Source of the DNA: an uncultured Bacillota bacterium
GTDB taxonomy: Bacteria > Bacillota_I > Bacilli_A > RF39 > UBA660
Assembly (NCBI GenBank): GCA_946626905.1
Contig: CAMOVA010000001.1
Location: forward strand, 1,677 to 65,676
Length of the DNA: 64,000 nucleotides
Direction: 5' to 3'
In this document: positions 10,394-19,721 of the stretch, one piece after another
How the letters are laid out: each line of letters starts with the position of its first letter
Numbering within the stretch: the stretch's first letter is position 1
The notes under the pieces: model-generated
Told to the model about the DNA's origin: nothing
The model's input: only the letters and a program-made list of their open reading frames with translations
Database searches by the model: none
Translations under genes and position numbers: made by a program

Positions 10394-10422
10394 TTGACAA
10401 ACAAACAGATGTATGGTATAAT
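10394..10422 (+). promoter_or_regulatory. lexA sigmaA promoter, TTGACA-17-TGgTATAAT (extended -10)
   Basis: Read directly: catTTGACAaacaaacagatgtatgGTATAATtttcc. A degenerate box CGAACAAACATTTG overlaps the -35. Confidence 0.55.
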
Positions 10423-10444
10423 TTTCCTATCGAGGAGGGATTTT

Positions 10445-11062
10445 ATGGCTGAGCTTACAAAGCGTCAAGATGAAATATTATCATATATAAAAAAGTATAT
10501 GGTAAAGCATGGATATCCACCTACTATAAGAGAAATTGGTAAAGCACTTGATCTATCAAGTCCTGCGACTATTCATGCACACATTAAAAATTTAGAGAAA
10601 AAAGGATTAATAAAAAAAGGAAGTTCAAAAAACAGAGCATTAGAATTATTAGTTGATAATGAATTTGCACATAAGGATGATTTAACTGTTGATGTACCAC
10701 TACTTGGTAAAATAACTGCGGGAAGCCCTATTGAGGCTATTGAACATCCTGATGAATATTTCTCATTGCCAACTTACTTAGTCCCTAAAAACAAAAAAGT
10801 ATTTACTTTAAATGTAAGTGGAACAAGTATGATTAATGCTGGTATATTAGATGGTGACATTGTTATTGTAGAACAAGCTAATACAGCACGCAACGGTGAA
10901 ATCGTAGTTGCTATGACAGATGAAAATGAAGTTACTTTAAAAACATTTTATAAAGAGGATAACTACTTTAGATTACAACCAGAAAACGATACAATGGAAC
11001 CTATTATTTTACAAAATGTTACTATTCTTGGTAAAGCCATCGGATTATATAGAAAAATATAA
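10445..11062 (+). CDS. lexA: LexA repressor
   Basis: RBS GAGGAGGG before the ATG. MAELTKRQDEILSYIKKYMVKHGYPPTIREIG... wHTH domain. Autocleavage site AG, then S-K peptidase domain (GTSM...K). Likely true start is inside the longer track ORF. Confidence 0.9.
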   Translation: MAELTKRQDEILSYIKKYMVKHGYPPTIREIGKALDLSSPATIHAHIKNLEKKGLIKKGSSKNRALELLVDNEFAHKDDLTVDVPLLGKITAGSPIEAIEHPDEYFSLPTYLVPKNKKVFTLNVSGTSMINAGILDGDIVIVEQANTARNGEIVVAMTDENEVTLKTFYKEDNYFRLQPENDTMEPIILQNVTILGKAIGLYRKI

Positions 11063-11091
11063 AAAAGAAATCATTTATTGATTTCTTTTTT
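11061..11091. terminator. bidirectional rho-independent terminator between convergent lexA and queH
   Basis: AAAAAAGAAATCA-TTTAT-TGATTTCTTTTTT, a palindromic stem flanked by A/T runs on both strands. Confidence 0.5.
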
Positions 11092-11700
11092 CATTCTCTC
11101 TATTTTTGAATAAGTACATCCACAAAAGTTTTGTCTATATAAATTATATAATTTTGAAAGTTCTATACTTCTTTTATATCCATTACTTTTTTTGAAATCA
11201 GAACTTAAAAATTTAACGCCATATTTTTTTTCAAGTTTTTCCCCTATTTCATTTATTTTTTCTGCATTTTTATGAGGACTTACTGATAGTGTTGTTGTAA
11301 AGTAGTCAAAACCTTCTTCACTTGCTATTTTAGCAGCTGCTTCCATTCGAAGTGCATAGCATCCAAAGCATCTTAAGCCACCTTCTTTTTCTTGTTCTAA
11401 ACCTTTTACTACTTTCTTAAATTTATCTCTATCATACTTTCCTTTTTTAAAATGTACTTTATTTTTAAATACCATTAATTTGATCAATCGCTCTTGTTCT
11501 TTTAATCTTTTTAAATATTCTTCTTCAGTATCTATATTTGGATTATAATAATACACTGTTATTTCAAAATAATTAGATAAGTATTCTAAAACATAACTAC
11601 TACAAGGGCCACAACAACTTTGTAATAATAATTTCTTAGGATGTTCTGGATCTTGAGTCTTTAATATTTCTTCTAATTGTTTTTGATAATTTACTTTCAT
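11071..11700 (-). CDS. queH: epoxyqueuosine reductase QueH (DUF208)
   Basis: CCGPCSSY and CFGC...FCGC cysteine motifs with the length of QueH. Confidence 0.75.
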   Translation of the reverse strand: MKVNYQKQLEEILKTQDPEHPKKLLLQSCCGPCSSYVLEYLSNYFEITVYYYNPNIDTEEEYLKRLKEQERLIKLMVFKNKVHFKKGKYDRDKFKKVVKGLEQEKEGGLRCFGCYALRMEAAAKIASEEGFDYFTTTLSVSPHKNAEKINEIGEKLEKKYGVKFLSSDFKKSNGYKRSIELSKLYNLYRQNFCGCTYSKIERMKKEINK

Positions 11701-12624
11701 TTAATCTTCTTCAATAAATAGTTTTTTAATGTTTTTAAGTGGTAACATTATTTTAACATTTCTAACTATTTTGATTTCAAATGTATTTGTATCACCAACA
11801 TATTTTTCACCATCTAAACTCCATTTTGGATTATCTACATCATTAAATGTTACTTTAAATTTATCTGTTTTATAAAAATTAAATCCTGGCGCTTTTGTTA
11901 TATCTGAAGTTTTTAATCTATACAATCCACGAGCTATATCACGTTTTGCAGTGGCATCACACATTAATATTTCTATTCTATTATCATCCAATTTTATATT
12001 TTTATAAAAATTTTGAATACCAGCTATTCTATTAGCATTAGATATTAGAACAAATGAGAATTTTCCACTTATTGTTTTACCATCTACTTCATATGTTAAA
12101 TCATATAATTTAGTTGGTCCATTAAAATCTTTTAAAGCTTCTATTAAATAAGCAAAGTATCCATATTTTTTCTTAAGTTCACGAGGTGTTTCATAAGATA
12201 TATTAACAAATTTACCAAATCCTGCCGAATAAGTAAATGGTGTATCATTTATTGTACATATATCTATATTTTTTACTTTTCCATTTAATAATAATTTTAA
12301 ATTACGTATTAAATGTTTACTATATCCATACATTGCTCCTATATCATTAGCAGTTCCAACTGGTATGTGAGCTAATAATAATTTACGAGTTCTTTTGAAA
12401 TTACCAGACATAACTTCATTAAATGTTCCATCTCCACCTATTGATATAACTAAATCAACTGATTTCAATGATTCAATTATTTCTAATGCATGTCCTTTAT
12501 ATTCTGTTTTATAAATTATTGCTTCATACTCATAATCAAGCAATATTTTTTTTATTTTTTCTAATTCTTTATCAGTTATACCCTTTCCACTGTTTGGGTT
12601 ATATATAACAGCACATGTTTTCAT
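11701..12624 (-). CDS. diacylglycerol-kinase-family lipid kinase (DagK/YegS/BmrU-like)
   Basis: AVIYNPNSGKG...GGDGTFNEV catalytic-domain motifs. RBS AGAGGTGA before the ATG of MKTCAV; the track ORF starts at an upstream GTG. Confidence 0.8.
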   Translation of the reverse strand: MKTCAVIYNPNSGKGITDKELEKIKKILLDYEYEAIIYKTEYKGHALEIIESLKSVDLVISIGGDGTFNEVMSGNFKRTRKLLLAHIPVGTANDIGAMYGYSKHLIRNLKLLLNGKVKNIDICTINDTPFTYSAGFGKFVNISYETPRELKKKYGYFAYLIEALKDFNGPTKLYDLTYEVDGKTISGKFSFVLISNANRIAGIQNFYKNIKLDDNRIEILMCDATAKRDIARGLYRLKTSDITKAPGFNFYKTDKFKVTFNDVDNPKWSLDGEKYVGDTNTFEIKIVRNVKIMLPLKNIKKLFIEED

Positions 12625-12679
12625 ATAGTCACCTCTAATCACTTATATTATACATATTTAAAGTAAAAAAGCAAGAAAG

Positions 12680-12943
12680 TTAATTATTTTTTATATATTT
12701 TTCTAACTCTTCTAATTTTTCTCCACGAAGTGGTCGACATTTTTTATAAGCTTCTAAATTTTTTAACATTTCTTTTGCCATACCAGCACATGATCCATAA
12801 CCACATGCTCCACAATTATAACCAGGCAATCTTTTTAAATATTCTTCTTCTTTTGGATTTGTTTTATTTATTTTATTATCAACAACTACTAATACTATTC
12901 CTAAAATAAGTGCGGTTAAAGTTATTATAAGTATTCCTATCAT
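12680..12943 (-). CDS. rnfB: minimal RnfB (membrane anchor plus first Cys cluster only, no ferredoxin domains)
   Basis: 87 aa: TM helix followed by LPGYNCGACGYGSCAGMAKE...C (C-x2-C-x4-C-x16-C), the RnfB N-terminal cluster. The protein ends there; the dagK-like gene follows after 37 nt. Confidence 0.6.
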   Translation of the reverse strand: MIGILIITLTALILGIVLVVVDNKINKTNPKEEEYLKRLPGYNCGACGYGSCAGMAKEMLKNLEAYKKCRPLRGEKLEELEKYIKNN

Positions 12944-13071
12944 TTTTTCATCTCCTTATATAAATTACATCCCATGCATTTATCACAATTATGGTCACAT
13001 TTATTTTTATTTGATAAATATAATGTTATAGCAAATAACACTATTATTAATAAAAATGGTACTATAATCAT
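12940..13071 (-). CDS. 43-aa micro-ORF: single TM plus a CxxxCxxCxxC tail, translationally coupled between rnfA and rnfB
   Basis: MIIVPFLLIIVLFAITLYLSNKNKCDHNCDKCMGCNLYKEMKK. Its ATG overlaps the rnfA stop (ATGA) and its TGA overlaps the rnfB ATG (ATGA). Resembles FeoB-associated Cys-rich membrane peptides. Confidence 0.4.
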   Translation of the reverse strand: MIIVPFLLIIVLFAITLYLSNKNKCDHNCDKCMGCNLYKEMKK

Positions 13072-13631
13072 AAATATCTTGCGAAAAGCAATGCCATAAT
13101 TGCAGCTGTAAGTAATGCTATTGGATGTCCTTTAAAAGATGCAGGTATATCATTTTTATCTATTTTTTCTCTCATACTAGAGAATAAATATATTACAAAT
13201 GTAAAACCTAAACTACTAGAAATACTATATACAAGCATTTCTACAAAACTATAGTTATTTGTTATATTAAGTAATACTATTCCAAGAACTGCACAATTAG
13301 TAGTTATAAGTGGTAAATAAAGCCCTAAAACTTGATGTATTTTATTTAAATATTTTTTTAATAATATTTCTAATAACTGAACAAGTGAAGCAATAACTAA
13401 AATAAATAATACTGTTTTTAAATATTCTGTTTCAGTTGGAACTAATAAATATTTATATAAACACCAAGTTATTATAGAAGATAATGTAACTACTAACATT
13501 ACTGATATACCCATATAAATTGCATTACTTCTTTTTTTAGATGTTCCAATGAATGGACATATACCTAAAAATTTTGTTAATACTACATTTTCAGTAAGTA
13601 AGGCTGTTAAGCATATATTAATTAGATTCAT
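13068..13631 (-). CDS. rnfA: Rnf complex subunit A
   Basis: 187 aa, 6-TM NqrDE/RnfAE family (GICPF..., LGLYLPLITTNCAVLG). Confidence 0.85.
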   Translation of the reverse strand: MNLINICLTALLTENVVLTKFLGICPFIGTSKKRSNAIYMGISVMLVVTLSSIITWCLYKYLLVPTETEYLKTVLFILVIASLVQLLEILLKKYLNKIHQVLGLYLPLITTNCAVLGIVLLNITNNYSFVEMLVYSISSSLGFTFVIYLFSSMREKIDKNDIPASFKGHPIALLTAAIMALLFARYL

Positions 13632-14256
13632 TCTTATTACCTCCTCTTATATAGTTAAACAAAGCAAGTAAGCATGCTAATGTTATAAAAGCTCCTGCTG
13701 GTTTATTAAATATGTTTATAGGAAATAAATCTGAATGAAAATTAATTTTAAGAATTATTTCATGATGTGTAATATTACTTATTTCTTTCATTATAGTTAT
13801 TGTTTCATTACCTAATACTTCTCTTATTAACCCTAATACCATAAGAACAACTGTATAACCAAGTCCTACTCCTAAACCATCTAATACACTATTTTTAACA
13901 TTTTCTTTAGATGCAACAGATAAAGCTCTACCTAAAACAATACAATTTACTACTATAAGTGGTAAATATATTCCTAATACTTTATATAAAGGATTAACAT
14001 ATTCTTTTAATAAAATTTCTAGTACAGTTACTAATGTTGAAATAATAAGAATATATACTGGTATTTCTACATTTTTTGTTACATATTTACTTATTAATGA
14101 AACTATTAAATTAGAACAAATTAATACAATTGTTACACAAATTCCCATAATGTAGGAATTTTCAAAATTATTAGTTATAGCAAGTGCTGAACATAAACCT
14201 AATAATAATACTAAAACAGGATTTTCATTTACTATTCCATTTATTATTCTTTTCAT
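13618..14256 (-). CDS. rnfE: Rnf complex subunit E
   Basis: 212 aa NqrDE/RnfAE family (LGLCSALA, LGIYLPLIVVNCIVLGRA). Confidence 0.85.
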   Translation of the reverse strand: MKRIINGIVNENPVLVLLLGLCSALAITNNFENSYIMGICVTIVLICSNLIVSLISKYVTKNVEIPVYILIISTLVTVLEILLKEYVNPLYKVLGIYLPLIVVNCIVLGRALSVASKENVKNSVLDGLGVGLGYTVVLMVLGLIREVLGNETITIMKEISNITHHEIILKINFHSDLFPINIFNKPAGAFITLACLLALFNYIRGGNKNESN

Positions 14257-14356
14257 TTTAACCTCCTATTTAACTAAATTAGTAACAACGTATAATATTG
14301 TTCCACAAATTAATGCTGTTAATGTTAAAACAATAATACCTTGATATTTTTTCATA

Positions 14357-15775
14357 TTATTTCTCCATATCTTTCTTTACATTAATACACATTTTCTTTA
14401 AAGCTGTTGATGATATAGTAGCACCTGAAACAGTATCTACTTTATCTAAATTATTTTGATTATCTATTAATGTTTTAATATAATTTTTATTTGTAACCAA
14501 TTTATAATAATTTTCTGTTTCATTATTTTCTATTATTTTTATTTTTGTTATTTCATTATCTTTAATATATATTTTTGCTTTAATAGGTCCTCCATTACCA
14601 ACTTGTGAAACCACATAATAATTATCTTTCTTTTCTATTATTTTAAATTTTGAATCACTAGAATCACTATTAATATATTTATTTCCAACTAATAAACTAA
14701 CACCTAATAATAAACATGTTATTATTCCCATAGGAATTAATATTTGCATTATTGATTCTTTCTTTTTAGATCCTAATCTATCTAATAAGACAACAAACAT
14801 ATTCATTGTTAAAATCGATGTTAATACTCCTTCAGGAGCACTTGTATAATTTCTAAATAAAACAGTAAGTATACCTAAACAAAATGCATATATTACTTGT
14901 CCCAAACAAGTCGTTGGACTTGTAACAGGATCTGTAGCCATAAATACTGCTCCAAATAATAATCCTCCACTTAATATATTAAATGTTGGATACCATATTC
15001 CTTCTCCATTCATAGAGCCTATTATTAAAGTCATTACGAATACTGTTGATACATATATTAAAGGAATTTTCCATTTGATAACTTTCTTTAATACCAAATA
15101 TATATAAGCAACAATTATAAGAATTGAACAAGTTTCACCTACTGTTCCAGGAATCATTCCAAATAAGAAATCTTTTAAATCACCATATGGTTTTACTACT
15201 TTGTCATAATTACCTATTCCATCAATCATGTGATAATTAGTAAGTGGTGTCGCACTTCCTATTGTATCTAATTCATATTTATTTATATATCCACCATTAC
15301 TATTAATAACTGAGCCATAACAAGTAAGTACAAAAAGACAACCTATAAGTGCTGGATTAAAAATATTTTGCCCAAATCCACCATATAACATTTTCCCTAC
15401 AATAATTGCTACTACTGCACCTATTATTAATATAGGTAATGGTGTATTAAGAGGTAATACTAAAGATACAAATAGTCCTGGTAAAAAACTATATGAGTTT
15501 TTTATACTGTTAATTAAATCTTTATTTTTCTTTTTTAATACTAGATATGTATATATTGTTTCAGTAATAAAACTAGTAAATGTTCCTACAAAAACAAATA
15601 TAAGTGGATAAAACATTCCATATGTATCAGTTAAATTATGTTTGTATAATACTACACCATTTTTATAAAATGAAAATAAAATGATTGGTAGTAAAGCTAC
15701 TACTAAATGAAGCATAATCTTATTAGTTTTATTAGGGCTTTTTATGTATGGCCCTTTATAAGTATTAAATTCCAT
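14357..15775 (-). CDS. rnfD: RnfD-RnfG fusion protein
   Basis: 472 aa. N-terminal roughly 350 aa is RnfD/NqrB-like, including the flavinylation motif GSATPL. C-terminal roughly 110 aa is an FMN-binding RnfG/NqrC-like domain with SGATISS. Confidence 0.75.
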   Translation of the reverse strand: MEFNTYKGPYIKSPNKTNKIMLHLVVALLPIILFSFYKNGVVLYKHNLTDTYGMFYPLIFVFVGTFTSFITETIYTYLVLKKKNKDLINSIKNSYSFLPGLFVSLVLPLNTPLPILIIGAVVAIIVGKMLYGGFGQNIFNPALIGCLFVLTCYGSVINSNGGYINKYELDTIGSATPLTNYHMIDGIGNYDKVVKPYGDLKDFLFGMIPGTVGETCSILIIVAYIYLVLKKVIKWKIPLIYVSTVFVMTLIIGSMNGEGIWYPTFNILSGGLLFGAVFMATDPVTSPTTCLGQVIYAFCLGILTVLFRNYTSAPEGVLTSILTMNMFVVLLDRLGSKKKESIMQILIPMGIITCLLLGVSLLVGNKYINSDSSDSKFKIIEKKDNYYVVSQVGNGGPIKAKIYIKDNEITKIKIIENNETENYYKLVTNKNYIKTLIDNQNNLDKVDTVSGATISSTALKKMCINVKKDMEK

Positions 15776-16986
15776 TATTTCACCTTACCTTTTGCTTCCT
15801 TTAAATATTCACGCAAATTTATTCTAGCAGGACATATGAAAGAACATATTCCACATTCTATACATCTTGAAACATCTAATCTTTTTAATTCCTCTTTATC
15901 ATTTATATTATCTTTTACTAATACTGGGCATATTTTTGCTGGACAATGATCACTACATTTTCCACATCTAATACAAGTAGTTGCAATATCTTCTTTTGCT
16001 TTTTTTAATGCCAAAACGGCATTAACACTTGGATCTAATACAAATGATTCTTTTGATAAAGAATATCCCATCATAGGACCACCTGATATTAATGTAACAT
16101 CATCATTTTTATACCCTTTATAAATATCTTTCAATTCTTCAAATAATGTTCCTATTTTTATTTTAACGTTTATTTTTTTCTTAAATGATTCTCCACTAAT
16201 AGTTATTACTCTTTCAATTAGTGGTTTACCTTCTAATGCTTCAGATATTGAATAAATTGTTGAAGCATTTGAAACAACTATATTTTTTTCAGTTGGTAAT
16301 TTTTCATAATCTGTATGTTTTATATATCTAACAAGTGATTTTTCCCATCCCATTGGATATAAATTTGGCACTTGTACTACTGAAATAAAATCATAAGAAT
16401 TAATTGCTGGTATAATTTTTTCAAGTAAATTTCTATTACCAATTTTAATAGCAATAATTATCTCTTCTATAGAAAATATTTCTTTTATTTGCTCTAGTGC
16501 CTTTACAATTTTATTTATATATTTAAAACATACAACATTATCAGCTGTTATATATGGTTCACATTCAACAGCATTTACTATTAATGTTTTGATTTCATTA
16601 TCATATTTTATATATGAAGGAAATCCATTACCACTTAATCCTATAATTCCTTTTTCTTTTAACAATTCTATAAAATCTTCTTTTGTTTTAACAATAGGCT
16701 TTTTAAAACTATGATTTTCTTTAAAATCATTTTCTATTTCTAAAAATTTACATACATTATTTTTTGAATCCAATAGCTCTACTATTTTAGTTACTTTACC
16801 ACTAACACTACTATTAATAAAATAATTTCTCTCAATTATTTTATCTCCCATTTTAACTTTATCATTTTCTTTAACAAGTAATTTATCTTTTTCATCTATT
16901 TTAAAATATACATATTTAGGATTCAAAAATTCTTTTAATTTATATTTTGTATCTTTTTTATTTGCTTTTAATCTAATGCCTATCAT
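15775..16986 (-). CDS. rnfC: Rnf complex subunit C
   Basis: 403 aa. NADH/FMN-binding fold plus two C-terminal 4Fe-4S motifs, CIRCGKCSDHCP and CIECGICSFICP. Confidence 0.85.
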   Translation of the reverse strand: MIGIRLKANKKDTKYKLKEFLNPKYVYFKIDEKDKLLVKENDKVKMGDKIIERNYFINSSVSGKVTKIVELLDSKNNVCKFLEIENDFKENHSFKKPIVKTKEDFIELLKEKGIIGLSGNGFPSYIKYDNEIKTLIVNAVECEPYITADNVVCFKYINKIVKALEQIKEIFSIEEIIIAIKIGNRNLLEKIIPAINSYDFISVVQVPNLYPMGWEKSLVRYIKHTDYEKLPTEKNIVVSNASTIYSISEALEGKPLIERVITISGESFKKKINVKIKIGTLFEELKDIYKGYKNDDVTLISGGPMMGYSLSKESFVLDPSVNAVLALKKAKEDIATTCIRCGKCSDHCPAKICPVLVKDNINDKEELKRLDVSRCIECGICSFICPARINLREYLKEAKGKVK

Positions 16987-17002
16987 TATATCACCCTATT
17001 TC

Positions 17003-17032
17003 AATTATACTCTATTTACCAGTTAAATACAA
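17003..17032 (-). promoter_or_regulatory. candidate sigmaA promoter of the rnf operon (TTGTAT-18-TATAAT)
   Basis: Read directly on the minus strand upstream of rnfC, just downstream of the eno terminator. Confidence 0.35.
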
Positions 17033-17035
17033 ATA

Positions 17036-17056
17036 AAAACTAGATAAATCTAGTTT
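17036..17056 (-). terminator. rho-independent terminator of eno
   Basis: Perfect palindrome AAACTAGAT-AA-ATCTAGTTT followed on the minus-strand RNA by UUUUAUUUG. Confidence 0.5.
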
Positions 17057-18282
17057 AATTCTTCACTTATTCTAAGTAGTTCATTATATTTACAAATTCT
17101 ATCAGTTCTAGACATAGAACCTGTTTTAATTTGACCTAAATCAAGTCCAACTGCAAGTGATGATATTGTTGTATCTTCTGTTTCACCGCTTCTATGAGAA
17201 ATGATAGTTTTATAGTTATTTGCTTTAGCAAGTTCTATTGTTTCTAATGTTTCTGTTATTGTTCCTATTTGATTTACTTTTAATAAAATTGCATTACCAG
17301 CTTTCATTTCAATAGCTTTTTGTAAATACTCTTTATTAGTTACAAATAAATCATCACCAACTAATTGAATTCTATCACCAATTCTTTTTGTTATTTCACT
17401 AAATCCTTCAAAGTCATTTTCGTAAACAGGATCTTCTATTGAGATAATTGGATACTTATTAACTAATTCTTCATAAAAAGAAATTAATTCTTCTTTTGTT
17501 AGTGATTTATTTTCACCTACTAATTCATATCTTTCAGTATCTTTATTATAAAATTCACTAGCAGCAACATCTATTCCTAAATAAACATTTTCACCTGGTT
17601 TATATCCAGCACGATTTATTGCTTCAATTATTAAATCAAATGCTTCACTATTAGAGTTTAAATCTGGAGCAAATCCTCCTTCATCACCTACTGATGTTAC
17701 AAGTGATTTTTCTTTCAACACTTTTTTTAATGAATGAAATATTTCACTACCCATTCTAATTCTTTCATTAATTGTATTAGCAAATGGTATAATCATAAAT
17801 TCTTGAAAATCTAATTTATTATCAGCATGAGCTCCACCATTTATGATATTCATCATAGGATATGGTAAATTTTTACCATCACCAATATATTTATGAAGTG
17901 GAACTTTTTTAGAAATTGCAGCAGCTTTCAAATTAGCCATCGATACACCTAATATAGCATTAGCGCCTAAATTAGATTTTGTCTTTGTACCATCTAATTT
18001 TATCATAGCATAATCAAGTTCTTTTTGATTATAAGCATCCATTCCAACAACTAATTCTTTTATAGGTCCATTAACATTATTAACAGCCTTTAAAACACCT
18101 AATCCATTATATCTACTAGAATCACCATCTCTAAGTTCTAAAGCTTCTCTACTTCCTGTAGATGCTCCACTAGGAACTGATGCTCGTCCTAATGTACCAT
18201 CTTCTAATATTACATCTACTTCTACTGTAGGATTACCTCTAGAATCAAGTATTTCTCTAGCCACTATATTTTCTATTTTCAT
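17050..18282 (-). CDS. eno: enolase
   Basis: [20 protein letters not shown], complete enolase length and motifs. Confidence 0.9.
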   Translation of the reverse strand: MKIENIVAREILDSRGNPTVEVDVILEDGTLGRASVPSGASTGSREALELRDGDSSRYNGLGVLKAVNNVNGPIKELVVGMDAYNQKELDYAMIKLDGTKTKSNLGANAILGVSMANLKAAAISKKVPLHKYIGDGKNLPYPMMNIINGGAHADNKLDFQEFMIIPFANTINERIRMGSEIFHSLKKVLKEKSLVTSVGDEGGFAPDLNSNSEAFDLIIEAINRAGYKPGENVYLGIDVAASEFYNKDTERYELVGENKSLTKEELISFYEELVNKYPIISIEDPVYENDFEGFSEITKRIGDRIQLVGDDLFVTNKEYLQKAIEMKAGNAILLKVNQIGTITETLETIELAKANNYKTIISHRSGETEDTTISSLAVGLDLGQIKTGSMSRTDRICKYNELLRISEELN

Positions 18283-18283
18283 A

Positions 18284-19621
18284 TTATTCACCTTCTAATT
18301 CTTTTACTAAATCTTTAAATAAGTTACCTCTTTCTTCAAAAGTCTTAAATTGATCCCAAGAAGCACAAGCTGGTGAAAGTAAAACAACATCATTTGTTTC
18401 ACTTAATTCATAAGCTTTTTTTACAGATTCATTTAAATTTTCAAATACATAACATTCTTTATTACATCCATCTGCGAACTCTTTTATTTTTTCTTTAGTT
18501 TCACCATAACAAACAATTGCTTTTACATTATCCATATAATCCTTCAAAGGATCAAATGGAATATTTCTATCTAATCCACCCATTATAAGAATTGTAGGAT
18601 TTTTAAATGTATTTAAAGCAGTAATTGTTGCTTCATTGTTTGTTGACTTTGAATCATTATAATAGTCTACTCCATTTACTGTTTTGACAAATTCAATACG
18701 ATGTTCAACACCACCAAATGTCGCATAATATTCTTTTATTAAATCATTTGAAACGCCAAATTCTTTTAATACTAATATGGCTGCCATAATATTTTCATAA
18801 TTATGGATTCCTTTTATTTTTATTTCAGATGTTTTGATAACTTCTTCACCTTTATAGTAAATAGTATCATCTTTTAAATATGCATCTTTTTCTTCATTTA
18901 TAGAAAAGTATTTTTTATTTGATTTAATATCTTTTGTTAATTCCATTACATCATCATTATCATAATTTAAGATTGCTAAATCATTTTCCGTATGATTATT
19001 AAATATACGTTTTTTCATTGCTTTATATATTTCATAAGTACCATGAAAATCAATATGAGCATGAACTAAATTAAGTAATAAACTTATATCAGTTTTAAAA
19101 TCATACATATCACACAATTGATGATCAGATATTTCCATAACTAAAATAGAATTTTCTTTTATTTCATTAACTATACTAGCTAAAGGATAACCTATATTTC
19201 CACCTAAATATACATTATCAAATTGTTTTTTTAGTATTTCATATATCATTGTAGTAGTTGTCGTTTTTCCATTTGAACCAGTAATCCCTACTATCTTTAC
19301 ATTTTCAGGTAAAAAATGATATGCACACTCTATTTCATTTATGATTTTCATACCCATACTTCTTGCTTTTTCAACCACTGGATTATTTGCTGGAATACCA
19401 GGGTTTTTAATCATAATATCAAATGTATCATCTATTAAATCTACTTGATTAGTAGTTATTTCTACTTTAACTCCTAATTCTTCTAATTCTTTTACATGAT
19501 CAGCATCTTGTTCTTTACCATCTGTTATTAATATTTCATTATTATATTTTGATAATAGTTTTGCTACCTCATAACCACTCTTGGCCATACCAAATATAAA
19601 TATTTTTTTATTTTCAAACAT
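18284..19621 (-). CDS. murD: UDP-N-acetylmuramoyl-L-alanine--D-glutamate ligase (MurD-type Mur ligase)
   Basis: N-terminal [13 protein letters not shown] Rossmann fold, central [16 protein letters not shown]-loop, 445 aa. Lies outside a dcw cluster, next to femAB-family and eno. Confidence 0.75.
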   Translation of the reverse strand: MFENKKIFIFGMAKSGYEVAKLLSKYNNEILITDGKEQDADHVKELEELGVKVEITTNQVDLIDDTFDIMIKNPGIPANNPVVEKARSMGMKIINEIECAYHFLPENVKIVGITGSNGKTTTTTMIYEILKKQFDNVYLGGNIGYPLASIVNEIKENSILVMEISDHQLCDMYDFKTDISLLLNLVHAHIDFHGTYEIYKAMKKRIFNNHTENDLAILNYDNDDVMELTKDIKSNKKYFSINEEKDAYLKDDTIYYKGEEVIKTSEIKIKGIHNYENIMAAILVLKEFGVSNDLIKEYYATFGGVEHRIEFVKTVNGVDYYNDSKSTNNEATITALNTFKNPTILIMGGLDRNIPFDPLKDYMDNVKAIVCYGETKEKIKEFADGCNKECYVFENLNESVKKAYELSETNDVVLLSPACASWDQFKTFEERGNLFKDLVKELEGE

Positions 19622-19721
19622 AACTATTCACCCATTACATTATATCAAAAAATTTATTTAATGTTAATATATATTTTAATATTAAAATATGTTATAATAT
19701 CTTATGTAAAGGAGGGATATT

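Noticed and set aside
10341-10400. GTTCG...CGAAC everted repeat (TGTTCGTACTTTACATTTGCGAACA) as a LexA site
   Set aside because: The half-site order is inverted relative to the CGAAC-N4-GTTCG consensus, and the spacing is 13 nt. Only CGAACAAGTGTTTG (10327-10340) fits. CGAACAAACATTTG over the lexA -35 is kept only as a degenerate candidate.
12680-12943. RnfB truncation as a frameshifted pseudogene
   Set aside because: Only 37 nt separate its stop from the next gene start. No ferredoxin-like CxxCxxCxxxCP coding potential exists downstream in any frame, so it is a genuinely short gene rather than a broken one, barring sequencing error.
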